The notes under the pieces: generated by a model
Database searches by the model: none
What the model saw: the letters and a program-made list of their open reading frames with translations, nothing else
What the model was told of the DNA's origin: nothing
Translations under genes and position numbers: made by a program
In this document: in pieces, positions 42,592 to 55,248 of the stretch
How the letters are laid out: each line of letters starts with the position of its first letter
Numbering within the stretch: position 1 is the stretch's first letter
DNA from: Adineta vaga
Taxonomy: Eukaryota > Animalia > Rotifera
Direction of reading: 5' to 3'
Assembly: GCA_021613535.1 (NCBI GenBank)
Contig: CP075497.1
Span: 7,812,001-7,876,000, forward strand
Length of the DNA: 64,000 bases

Positions 42592-45500
42592 GACAATGAA
42601 GAGGAACGAAGTCTTTCGATACTTTTTGTTTTGTTTAATGTGCGCACGAATAGTTCAATTTATAATGATGTTGACAATAATAAAGTTAACAAATCAATCG
42701 TGGAATGACACTAAGTTGTTAACAAAATGATAATGAGAAGCGAGATAATAATTAGATGAACGTCTTCATTTTCGTTAAGAGTCGTTTGTGATGATAATGC
42801 ACGTTGGTACGGTGGTATTTCTTCTGAAAATCGTTGATCAAACTGGCAGAAAAAAAAACAAGAAAATATGAGATGAAGAAGAGGAACAAGAAATGGAACG
42901 CGAAAGAGCTTTAGTCAAATAGCAACAAGAGAGAATATTATATTGTCATGTCTCATCTCTTCTCTTATCAGCCATATAACGATGATCGAAAAGAGAAGCT
43001 AAACGAGAGAGAAATAAAGAGAAAAAAAAATAGAGAAACACCATGATTGAAAAAATTATTCGTTAAGAAAAGATTTCTCGAAGCCAGATTTGACTCCTAT
43101 TGGTTACAATATGCACATGTGTAGTACATCAAATATTAGCTGATATCAATCAGATTAATTTGTTCGAACTCCATCGATAAACATATATAACTATATATAT
43201 ATTTACATGTGTATATGAAATAATAAAATGAACATTAATGCATTTCTCTGCTCGAATGAATTTTTTCAGTGTAAATTTGGCCAACATGGAAAAACATAGA
43301 GCAATGATGGATCATAGTAGTTTGTTCGCTTTTACATTTAACAATATTTTTATCTAATCAATGTATCGTAGTCTAAGCACTAGAGGCATACTTATTCGCG
43401 CATCTCGCGTGTCGTATTTTCTTCTAACTATCTTTCTTTCTCTAGAGATTCTAACCCTTACAATAAAACATCAACAGTAATAAAACGCATGTGCTCTCAC
43501 ATTGAAAATGATGATAAGTGTCATATGAATATAATCAATTAAGCAGATGAATACGTATCATTCTTTATGGTCATATTTACACTGGTATGGATCAAGAGGT
43601 CTATTTTAAAATCATTAACCCAATAAAAAAATCATTCACTATAGATCACTGGTCTCGAAAAGTCATCTACCATGAAAAAACTCTTCGCTCGTTTATTCTC
43701 TCTTTCTATCTCTCTCTCTCTTTCTCTCTGTTTCTTCTCACACTTCCTCTTTTACTCAATTATTTATAAAAAATCAATTTTCCAAACGTTTATTCTAGCC
43801 GTTATTCGTCTCCCTATTTTTTTTCATTCTTTTCTTAGACTACTCCGTCTTTTTATCGGCTGTTACTTTAAGCTCAGAACACGCGTCGGATAGAGCTCGA
43901 CTCTCCTCCTTCTATTGTCATCCGATATATTTCCATGCTGTACCCAACAGACACACACACACACACCACATTCTTTTTTCCCGTTGTTCAACATGAGAAA
44001 ACACTAAGCACATACATCTCTACTCTCTTTTCTTTGCATTACAGTTAACTAGCAGGGTGAACATACATGAGATTTATTGTCTGTGTCTTCTTACAAGACG
44101 ACAAAAAACAGGAAACTAAAAGGAGCAAATTTTACCGTCATGTCAAAAGCTGTCTAGTTTTCATTGAACATACTTATTCTAAATTGAACTCTCGAGCATT
44201 GTTTATGTAAGTGGCCGAGTGTGATCAAGATTTGATTGTTTTTTTCGGACAATGTTTGTTTTATCCTTACTAGAAAAATGAACGAAAAGAGTTAAATCAA
44301 CAAGAAACGAAGAAGAAAAAGGCTGTTAACAAATCTCCATGAACTACTCTAAACTGACAAACACTAGTTATAATAATGACGATGAATAGATGATAACAAA
44401 CATATAGTTAGAACATGAACGAATACATGGGTGATAATTGATTTCCGTCTTAACGAGTTGCTTTCATTTTTCTCTTTTCTAGTTATTAATTTTCATTATT
44501 TTTATCTCTTTCATATTGGTGAAATAAAAGGAAAAAGAACAGAAAATGCAATTTTCAACAAACATCAAACAAATATATATTGATTAAAATACTAATCGTA
44601 CATAACTTTATTATAACAATGTGACCTTATTTATATGCATCATAATAATGAAATTTCTCTTCATAGATATGTCTAAAAGTGTCAAATAGTTATATACAAG
44701 TTCGGATGAAACAAACAAGTGTAACGAAATCTAATTATTATTTTACGGATATTATTTGGAAAAGTTTTCGTTGATTTCTAGTATAAAAAATAGTTACCAT
44801 TTGTCCTTTGGCGAAAAGCAATACTGTAGTTTTCTCTCCCTGTATTTAACCTTTTCTTCATCGCTCTGGTATCATCTGTTATTACTGAGTATTTTCAACG
44901 ATAGTTTCCAAAAGGTTATCAAACGTAGCATCTTCACTATGTTATTATTGCGGAACTCTATTTTCAATCAATGGCTCAAATTTTGCTCACTCGGAAGACT
45001 AATCGAAAACAAAAAGTAATAAAAACAAAAAAAGAACTTCACTCAATAGAAATAATATATATTCCTCATGGAAAACACAATTAAGAAAATAGATAAATAC
45101 GCAAAAGAATGAAGATATTTTGTTCACTTAGTAGTATATCAATGAAGAAAAAAAAATAGTGCGTGATTATATATGACACGAATTTATGTTTAAATGTCAC
45201 ACTTCTACTAAGAAATCTATTGATTTAATTAGACATGAACTATTTTCTCAAATGAATTGAACCTTTTCCTAATAATTTCAAATGCTTTTTGCGTCTTTTA
45301 TAAGCTCTATCTAATCATGAAATGGATCCAAAGTCATTCTAAAACCAATTTTTCTACGTATAGAGCTTTAAATAAAGACAAGAACTCTTCTTTTTTTCCG
45401 AAACTAATAGACAAAATCCAATGAAATACTCGAATGCAATCGTTTTTTCTCCATCATTAAATACATTCACATGTCAAAAAACAAGAAGAGATATAATTGA

Positions 45501-46576
45501 TGAAAAAAAAACAACATCTTGAGGTGCTTCTTTTTCCTCTTATTCACTTAATATAATTATATGTAACATGACAAGTAAAAGGAATAAATAGGTTTCCTAT
45601 CGAAAGGACGTGTTGAAGAAATCCTTCATACAAGATTTCAAATGACATTTCTGTTTGAAAGTAAAAAAGAGCAACATTTCCCTTGATAAATTAGAGTTTA
45701 TATCTCGTGACAAGACTACGAAAATGATCTTCATATCTCTCCATTTAATTAAGAATTCCAAACGATCAATAGAAACGATTTGTTTCTTTTTTTTTCTTGC
45801 CTTTCATCGATTTGATTTGAAATGTATGAATAAATGACTTCTGATAATATTAGATTTTACTAATGATCTATTTCAGATCTTCTTTCCACCGATCAACTTC
45901 TTTAGAGATCATATGACGTAGTTTATTGAAAAGCATCACCTTTTCTTTCTTTTAATTTCTGAATGAACCATAAAAATCGCAAGAGACTTCTTGTTTGACC
46001 TTACTCTTACAGATTCGTATCAAAATGTCAATGAATTAGTCTGATAGAAAGAAAAAACGAAATGTAAAAATTTGACATTTCATTCATCCATTCTCCATTG
46101 ATTGAATAGAAGCCTGTTCAGTTCTGTTCTTTTCCTCGAATAACATCGTTCTCTCATACATCTCTACGAATTAAAAGGTGACACGAAATCGTTCATGGTA
46201 TACGAGGACACGACCGCTACTGTTCGTAACGATGCCACTTTTAACATTCATATTTTACTCTACCTTCGTCTGTTCTGTTCTGTTCTCTTTTCAGAACAAT
46301 GAATCGAAAAGAAAAATAGATGAATTGTTCACCGTTTCGTTCTATCATTAACGAAAAAAATTCATATTGAACTTTCTATGCCAATATTTAATCTGATAGG
46401 TAGTAGAGGCACAGTAATCAATAATGGTCTAATTCCTACTTTTACTTATTTACCTTTAGATACACATTTATTATAATAACAAAACGATTGGCATGATCTT
46501 ATCAACAACTTAGCTATATTAAACTGTTATCAAAGTCATAAACATTACCTTTTCTTTTCTTTTGATTTACAACAAG

Positions 46577-47030
46577 ATGTATCGATGGTTAATTATCTCT
46601 ACAACATTTTATATCTTTCTGTTTTTATCAGTTGATGCTGCAAGGAAAAAAGCATATTGTAAGAAATTGATAAAATAGAAGCGAGATAATTTCATTGTTT
46701 GTGTTCAATTTTAGCAACGGGTATTGCTGATCTTGTTCGAACAGCATTTCAACGAAGTTTTAGTCGATTAGTTATGCGTCAAACATCCTATGATTCTGAT
46801 GTATTTCGTTATACTCAATTATCGCAACGTGGAATAGGAGGATTATATGCAGGTAATAGTAAATGATTGATTTGATTTTTGAAGATAAAAATATGAACTA
46901 TTTTCTAGGTGAATCTTGTCGTTTATCCGCGACAATCTGTTCACATGATGAACAATGTTGTTCTGGCCGTTGTATATGTCGTCGATGGACAACAATGGGA
47001 GAAGAACGTTGTATTCGAAAATGTTTCTAA
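46577..47030 (+). CDS. Secreted cystine-knot (ICK/knottin, toxin-like) prepropeptide, 113 aa, 3 exons
   Basis: Manual splicing over two phase-1 GT-AG introns gives MYRWLIISTTFYIFLFLSVDAARKKAYSTGIADLVRTAFQRSFSRLVMRQTSYDSDVFRYTQLSQRGIGGLYAGESCRLSATICSHDEQCCSGRCICRRWTTMGEERCIRKCF*. It is absent from the ORF track. Confidence 0.85.
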
Positions 47031-48911
47031 CATGAAAATAGAAGCTTTAACTAAATGATTGAATTGTGATATCTTATTTGTAGTTAAAGACCTGATTATA
47101 ATTGAATTGTGTACATAGTAATAAAAATTTTCTCTTGTTTAATTATACGAATAAAATGTAGAAAAGTAAATCGCCAAGTTATCAGTTATCGATTAGAAAA
47201 ATTTGAAAAATAGGCAATGATCCAAAGAAAATGTAGCTTTGAGAATGAGAATTTGATTTTTTCAAACATGATAGTAGAATTTATTTGCATGAAAGTTTAT
47301 ATGATAAGGTTAAGATAAAGTTTCGTGACAATCTAGATAATTTCAATAGCAATATGTAATAAGAGAAAAGGTTGAAATTATATTCATTAACCAAATATCA
47401 TAGTTTAATCAATCATTACAAGAGAATTTGATTTAACTCTATATATACTCAAGGTATTCTGTCTATTTGGTGATTAATTCGATAAGAAGAATAAACGTAT
47501 TGTATATCGATGTAATTTATCACTTCTATGATAAATTCTAATGTAAAATCTAATCAAATAGATTTAGCATTATTTCTATTCAATATTTGAACCTTGAAAT
47601 AAAGGATTTCTCAAACGTGAGTTAAAGGAAGAAAAAAAATGAATGACCGACAAATCATTTCGGACAGATATTCCTCTTCTTCTCTGTTTCTTTCTTGTTT
47701 AGAACAGTTTAATCGCTTTTGATTACATGAAACTTTCTGAGAAAATCATTTCTCATTCTCTTCAATGACATTCATACTTCAATCAAGTAAGTTTTTAAGC
47801 AATTTGTTCAACTTCAAGAGAGCCTCAATCCTATTCCTCGTGTTGTATATTGAACTTGTTCTATTTGGACAAAATGCTTGAGGCAATTAGACAATAATTA
47901 ATCAATTGATGAGGAAAACATAGCCACAAGCAATTTTAAATTTGCCTCTTTTTTTTACGAACAATTGAAAGTGTACTATCGCTTTTCTTCAAATATTCAA
48001 TTCCATTTTAATTTCTTCATAAAATACACTTAACAATTGATCGATTTACTTTTTTTTCTTATTCTTATCATTAATTACTGAATTTTCATCAAGTGGAGTG
48101 ATTTTTTTTTCTCTCCCTAAGAATACGATGTCTATCTCATCTACGTGTGAAGTAGCTCATTTGTTTGATGAACATATCTTAAGAGAAGAAAAGAAAAAAG
48201 AAGTATAATTGAATTGCTTCGTTTTCTTTTCATATTCTCAGTACCATATGGACACATCTAGATCATCACGAAAAGAAAATGAGATTGAACATCGATGTGA
48301 TCTTTGGTTAATGTATGCAAGCTGTGCAGCATTAGTTTGTCATCCATGAGATATAGACATCGAGTACAATGCAAATAGTGAAACGATTATTGTTCAAGCT
48401 GATGCCCAAGTGTACATCGATTAGTTGTCTTCAGTAAGAAAATGAAAAAGAAAATGACTCCATTCATTGATATTCATTGTTCGAAGTATGAAGGAGAATT
48501 ATTTCTAAAAAAAAGATTTAGTCGTCTTATTTCTATTTTCGAAGATTGATCTACTAAATTGACAATCAATTGACCGACAACAAGCCATGCAAATAGTACA
48601 ATAATAGCGTTCCTATCATTTTTTTCCTCTCTGTCTATTGTTCTGTTCTTTAATTATCAATTCTCCCAGACTATAGCCCGACGCAAGGCCAATATACATT
48701 ATATGTATATGTATATATATGCATAGGCGTGCGTATCGTTCAATTCAAGTGGTTAGAGAACTGGCTGCTTGATCGTTCGAATAGCATGTGCATGCATGCA
48801 TACAATATATGTATATAAACATAAATTCTCAATATACAGCTCATTTTGTATTTGCCATCGTCGAATATATATTTTATCATACAAGTTTGTCCCTTTTTTT
48901 TCTAGAAAGAA

Positions 48912-49967
48912 ATGCTTTCTCTCGATTTATATCTTCTGGCAATGTTTTTAACACTTAGTCAAGCATCGAACATCATCTATTTGGAAAATTGTACATACGC
49001 AATCGATCTTTATAAACAATATTTAAATCTTCTATGGTCATCTAATGATGCTCATACAGTACATATTCAAGCTGTGTATTCATTATCATCAAATCAGACA
49101 TTAATACCTGGACATATTTACACTTATTTATCACAATCCGTTGCTTTAATTCCATTTTTTGTTCGTTGTACATATCCCGAAGATTTCTCTTCGAAATCAT
49201 ATTTACCATTTACACAATGTTCATCGACAATAACGAATTTTCTAACGAAATCGAATCATGAATCCACACGAACATATTTAAAGTTAAAACCTATGCTTCG
49301 AATGTCACAAGTTCCTCTCATCTATACAGGTGAATATAATCTTCTGTTATCAAATTGTTCATTTCAAATGAAATCGAATATTTATCAATTAATGCCTTAT
49401 GATATCTTTACATTTCGTATTGATTATGAAAGTTCGCTCGATACGAATGTTACTTCATGTTCTACCTGTAATCAACGTACGACATTATGCAATGCGAACA
49501 AATGTTTATGTCGTCCAGGTACCATACCATGGAAACTTTATCAAAACAAAGAATATTGTATTGATATAACATCGAATTGTTCGTATGATAGTCAACGTTG
49601 TTTTACTTCTCAATCAAATCTTATTTTAACGAATCGTTCGACTACATTTCTTCTTATATTAATTTCTATTATCTGTTTTCTTATTATTCTCTTAATCTTT
49701 TTATTTTGGTGTTTATTTCGTAATACATCTATGACACATACATTTCAAAAACAAAAAGACCATTCGTCGAATCAATCGATTTTTATGATTAATCGACACG
49801 AACGTACTCCATCGACCATTTCAACATCGGATTCAACTAAATTAAGCGATTTTAATCAGATTGATCAATATATTTTAACAAATGAATATGTTAGTACATT
49901 CTATGAAGAATACCCCAAAATTCTATCAGATAAAAATAATGGCGAAGTTGTTTTAATTTTAGCTTAA
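48912..49967 (+). CDS. Orphan type I membrane protein with a Cys-rich (EGF-like) juxtamembrane module, single exon
   Basis: Signal-like MLSLDLYLLAMFLTLSQA, Cys cluster CSTCNQRTTLCNANKCLCRPG...YC...C...C, one TM helix FLLILISIICFLIILLIFLFWCLF, and a cytoplasmic tail with Tyr motifs. Confidence 0.78.
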   Translation: MLSLDLYLLAMFLTLSQASNIIYLENCTYAIDLYKQYLNLLWSSNDAHTVHIQAVYSLSSNQTLIPGHIYTYLSQSVALIPFFVRCTYPEDFSSKSYLPFTQCSSTITNFLTKSNHESTRTYLKLKPMLRMSQVPLIYTGEYNLLLSNCSFQMKSNIYQLMPYDIFTFRIDYESSLDTNVTSCSTCNQRTTLCNANKCLCRPGTIPWKLYQNKEYCIDITSNCSYDSQRCFTSQSNLILTNRSTTFLLILISIICFLIILLIFLFWCLFRNTSMTHTFQKQKDHSSNQSIFMINRHERTPSTISTSDSTKLSDFNQIDQYILTNEYVSTFYEEYPKILSDKNNGEVVLILA

Positions 49968-50395
49968 ATCAATATTATTTCTGTTCCTTTCTTCGTCTTT
50001 TTTTACTAGTCATTCCTTTTTTTTTCAAAAAGAAAAAAATCTCTCTATATATATATGTAATCCTTCGATAGTGTGTGTGTCTGTGTGTTTGTTTGTTACA
50101 TTAATAAAGAATATTATCTAAATAGATGGCTTGCCTCGACTACTGGCAGGGTATTCATCAGCGTGCTGTTCTCTTTCTTCAAAAGGAAAAATATTAATCA
50201 GAGAACGAAATAAAGTATATAACACGATAAGAGGTAGCTGGAAGGCATACGATTGTCCTCTTACTGTATGTGAGTGTTGCGCACGCGATTCTTTTGGCAA
50301 AGAAGATATAGTATCAAGATGCACGATCACATGTTGTTCTACATCGTTCTTTTTATTATTTCTTTTTAACATTTAGATAGTTTAACATCGAAATT

Positions 50396-52705
50396 ATGGT
50401 CAAATCGACTGAAAATAATGCTGATAAATCAGCAAAAGAACAACTAGCTGCACATCCTGCACAAATTCCAACGCATCCAGATGAAAAAAATAAATTACCA
50501 CCACCGAATGTTATTCCTGATGGAGTTTCACCACCAATTCGACATCCATTAGATCCATTGAATGGCGGTAAAAAAATTAGTCGAAAAAATTCTATGGAAA
50601 GAAAACGTTTTTATTTTATTTAGATGAAATAAATTTAACGACACGATTACTTCAGGCATCAACGAAATATCAACCTTATATGCGTATTATTACGATAACT
50701 CCAAATGAACCCGAAGATAAAGAGGCTGTTCGAAACTATAAATTGGGCGATCCATTAGATCGACATGCAAATGCTTTAATTCGTGATCCCAAAGGTCGAA
50801 CGACTTACCTTGCTGTTATAGATTTAACCAAGAAGTCAATTGAAAGTTTTACAGAATTTAATCATGTACAACCAGCTTTAACATTCGATGAAATGATTGA
50901 AGCTGATGATGCACTTCGAGCAAGTGAAGCTTTACAAGCAGCTTTCGCTAAGAGAAATGTGAAGATGAGTGATGTCGTTTTCTATCCATTTTCATCTGGT
51001 TATCGTGATGATCAAGATTCTGCAGCCAAACGACGAATCTTTCGTCCATATGCTGCTGTTAGAAAATCGCCTGAAGATAATTATTATGCTCATCATATTG
51101 ATGGTATTGTTATCACCGTCGATTTAGATTCATTTGCTGTCGATGTCGAAGATCATCTTCTAATACCTATTGCATCGAAAACTGGTAATTATGATCCTGA
51201 AGGTATTAAATCACCAGATAATGTACCATATTTTCCTGATGGTGTTCGAAAAGATCTTAAACCTTTTATTATCACTCAACCAGAAGGTCCATCGTTTCAA
51301 ATTGATGGTTATCAAATAACCTGGCAAAAATGGCGCTTGAGAGTAGGATATAATGTTCGAGAAGGTAAGAAAAACTAGTAGGTAGGAAAATGAATAAATT
51401 TATCTTTCTTTTCTTAGGTATGACAATGAATATGGTTGAATATTTTGATCAAAATCGTTGGCGATCAATTTTCTATCGAGCTGCTATCGATGAAATGTGG
51501 GTTCCATATGCTGATGTTAGTGCTGCGCATAACTATAAGAATGCATTTGATGTCGGTGAAGCTGGTCTTGGTTTATTAACAAATAGTTTAGTACTTGGTT
51601 GTGATTGTCTTGGTGAAATTCGTTATATGGATGCAGTCGTTAATAACAATCAAGGCCAGGCTTTATTATTGAAAAATGCAATTTGTATTCATGAAGAAGA
51701 TGTTGGATTACTTTGGAAGCATACTGAGTAAAAGAAAATTGCTCTATTTCTTTCGATAAGATGAAAAACAATATATCTATATATTAGATTTGTTGAACAA
51801 CGTACTCAATGCCGTCGTTCAAGACGTCTTGTGGTTTCTTCAATGATCACAGTTGGTAATTATGAATATGGAATATTCTGGTATTTCTATCAAGATGGTA
51901 CAATTCAATTCGAAAATAAACTGACTGGAATTATTGCTCCAGGTAAGAAGCAAGAGAATAGTTTTCAATTAGAAAAATGCATGGAAAATTTATTGTAGGT
52001 GCATACGAAGTTGGCAAACCACCTGGATCTGGTGGAATGGTGGCTGAAGGATTGTATGGTTCACATCATCAACACTTTTTCAATATGCGTATACATTGGA
52101 TGTTAGATGGTGTTAAAAATTCGCTTGTAGAAATTAATTGTGAAACTTTACCAAAAGGATCGAATAATCCAGCTGGAAATGGTTGGATAGCAAAAGAAAC
52201 AGTTTTAGAAAAAGTTGCCGATGCACGTCGATGTCATGATGATAGGAAAGGCCGATATTGGAAAATTATTAATTCACAAGTGAAAAATCATGTTGGTCAA
52301 CCAGTCGCTTATAAACTAATTCCATCTGGTCCAGCATGTTTTCCATTATGTGATCCAGAATCATGTCAAGGTCGTCGAGGTGTTTTTGCACGTAATCATC
52401 TATGGGCAACACGATATCGTCCTGATGAATTCTATGCTGCTGGTCTTTTTCCTAATCAATCAGCAGGTGACGATGGTGTTTCTGTTTATAGTGAGAACCA
52501 TAAAGATGAATCATTAGTTGATAGTGATCTTGTTACTTGGTATACATTCGGTGTTAATCATATTGTTAGATCAGAAGATTGGCCTGTCATGCCTATTGAA
52601 ACTGTTGGTTTTCGTTTACAACCTGTTGGATTTTTTGCTGGTAGTGCAGCAATGGATGTTCCACCATCAGTTCCAAAGAAATGTAATGGAGAGCATTGCT
52701 CTTAA
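50396..52705 (+). CDS. Copper/TPQ-dependent primary amine oxidase of bacterial (Arthrobacter-like) type, 5 exons
   Basis: Motifs [15 protein letters not shown], the catalytic Asp in [21 protein letters not shown], the TPQ motif TVGNYEY (Tyr codon 51861-51863), and Cu ligands in HQH and [13 protein letters not shown]. No signal peptide or TM segment. Confidence 0.93.
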
Positions 52706-53226
52706 CTGTATTATTCGTGCCGTTGAATAGAACAGAATGACTTTTGCAGTCTAAAAATATTTCATTTTTTGGCAAATATTATGTGTGTTTTTACATTATC
52801 TTTCAGAGAATTAAGTTTTTCAAAATCATTTAAACTCATTTTCATATAGAATACTTTGACTCGACTAGTAGCGTCCTCTATTCTCTTCATCGAACTACCA
52901 GTATATTATTTTCTATTTATATTCTTCTGATTCATTTTTTTCTATATTATCATATTTTATCTTGTTTTTGAGAGAGAAACTCTTTTTTTCTGGTTTTTGT
53001 TAGATAGATATTTATCTAATTGATTAATAAATCATACCAATCTGGACGGTGATCTCTAAACCGTCTGACTAACAGCAATATTGACATGTTCTTCGTCTTT
53101 GTTCTATTGTTTATATTCATTGTTATCTGTTACAAATTTCGATTCTATTATTGGTTTCTAAGTCTCCTACGAGAGTGCTATTTTTATATTAGATTTCATG
53201 TTTATCTTTATAAACTGTTGCGAACA

Positions 53227-54940
53227 ATGAATACTGCGGGTGAAGATGAAGAGAAAAATTGAACGAAGAAAACTAATAAATTTTTCTTTTTTTAGCCTTC
53301 AATTTAGCCGCTTCCATGTTTGAAAGTTCCACTTCTAATAATAATAGTTTATCAGATACGGATACTGATTCATATATTCTTGGTATTAAATATAAAACTT
53401 CAAATGGTACGAATGATTGATAATACATATATTCGATAGTATCAAAATCATGTATTTCTTAGATGCATATGCTATTAATGGTGATGTAATCAGTAGATTT
53501 TGGTTTACATATCGAAGTGGATTTGCACCAATTGGTATGAAAGATTTGTAGATAAGAATATGTCATTGTATTTATGTAAATATTTAGGTGGACCATCAGG
53601 TCCAACGAAAGATACAGGATGGGGTTGTATGATGCGTTGTGGTCAAATGATGTTTGCAGAAGCCTATCTTCGATTTTTTATACCAGCTGGTAGATGTACG
53701 TAAGGATAAGTCAAGTTTCATGAATACAAATTATTTTCTCGAATAGATTTTCGATGGCGTGCAGATCTAACTGATTCGACGTATTGGGAAATTTTAAATA
53801 TGTTTAGTGATAAACGTCATTCAACATACTCAATTCATCAAATTGGTTTGTAATGTTAGTGAATGAATTGATCGAAAATTGTTTTTTTTTTCGTTTTCTA
53901 TATTTATTTTAGTGCTTATGGGAAATTCTGAAGGAAAGAGTATTGGACAATGGTTTGGTCCAAATACAATCGCACAAGTACTTCGGTAAGTAAAGACGAA
54001 TGGATTGTAGAGATATCATACTCTTTTATTTAGACGAATTGCTTCAAATGAATTTGATAAACAAGTTCGTGTTCATGTTGCAATGGATAATACACTAATT
54101 CTTGATGAGATACGTGAGTTTTTTCTCATATATTTAATGTTCAACAAATTAATATGGGATTCTTCAGGTAAATTATGTCAAATCACTTCTCAAATACCAA
54201 CTTCAATCAAGAAATCGAATGATTCACCAACGACTTGGAAACCATTAGTAATTATTATACCTCTAAGATTAGGTTTGAATGGAGTTAATGCAGAATATAT
54301 TGATCAATTAAAAGTAAGATTGTTGAATTGAATATTTGAAAATGAATTCATTGAATGATGTACATAGTTATGTTTTCGTTTGCCACAAACATTGGGATTT
54401 CTTGGTGGAAAACCAAATCATGCACATTACTTTATTGGTTATGTTGAAAATGATGAACTTTTATATCTTGATCCTCATGTAACACAAGCACATGTGGATG
54501 CAAATGTAATTTCTGATGATTCTTCCTATCATTGTGATAGAGTGAATCGAATGAAATTTTCCGGACTTGATCCATCTCTTGCTTTAGTAAGGAAATTATT
54601 TTGAATGATTTCAAAACAAATTCTCTTATGATTTATATTTCAGGCTTTTGCATGTAAAACAGAAAATGAATTTGATGATTTAATTACGAAATTACGACAA
54701 GTTCGTTTTAAAAAATATTTCGTTACAGATTATAACTGAAGATTGATTTTTTTTGTTTCAGAATCTTCCATCACGACCAATGTTTGAAATATGTGAATCG
54801 AATCCATTTGATGCTTTAGCGGAACAAACAGATGAACATGAGGGTACATATAATTCTTTTCAATTATCAATATTATATCATTGTTTGTGTCTATTCTAGT
54901 GCTAACTTTCGATTCGGATGATGATTTCGAGCTTGTCTAA
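53227..54940 (+). CDS. ATG4: Autophagy cysteine protease ATG4, many small exons
   Basis: Motifs SRFWFTYRSGF, DTGWGCMMRCGQM (catalytic Cys), GQWFGPN, IPLRLG, GGKPNHAHYFIG, YLDPH (Asp/His), DPSLAL, and the C-terminal LIR-like DSDDDFELV*. Confidence 0.95.
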
Positions 54941-55248
54941 TAATATATCCTTTTTAAATCTTTATTATATATATATATTTTTTTTCGTTGTGCAGAACTG
55001 AAAGTATTAACATATAAAAAGAGAAATAAATATGTATTTCTCATTTTTTTTGTTTGTTTTTTTGTTTTCTTCTTTCTTCTTCAATTACACACGAATTAAC
55101 AGATCATACTTTTAATGATATGTTGATACATGATTTGGTAATTTACAATCCACAAGAGAGAGAGAGAGAAAGAAAGAAAGAAAGAAATAAGACAATGATT
55201 TGGTCCAAGATGCTTACATTTGTGTATTATATCCTATTATTGTAGAGA

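Noticed and set aside
50118-50376. Slightly GC-richer segment with short hairpins and two small ORFs before the amine oxidase
   Set aside because: The stems are only 6-7 bp with no RNA-family signature. A GTGAGT..TTTAG pair explains it as promoter, 5' UTR exon and intron, so it was also not counted as an operon junction.
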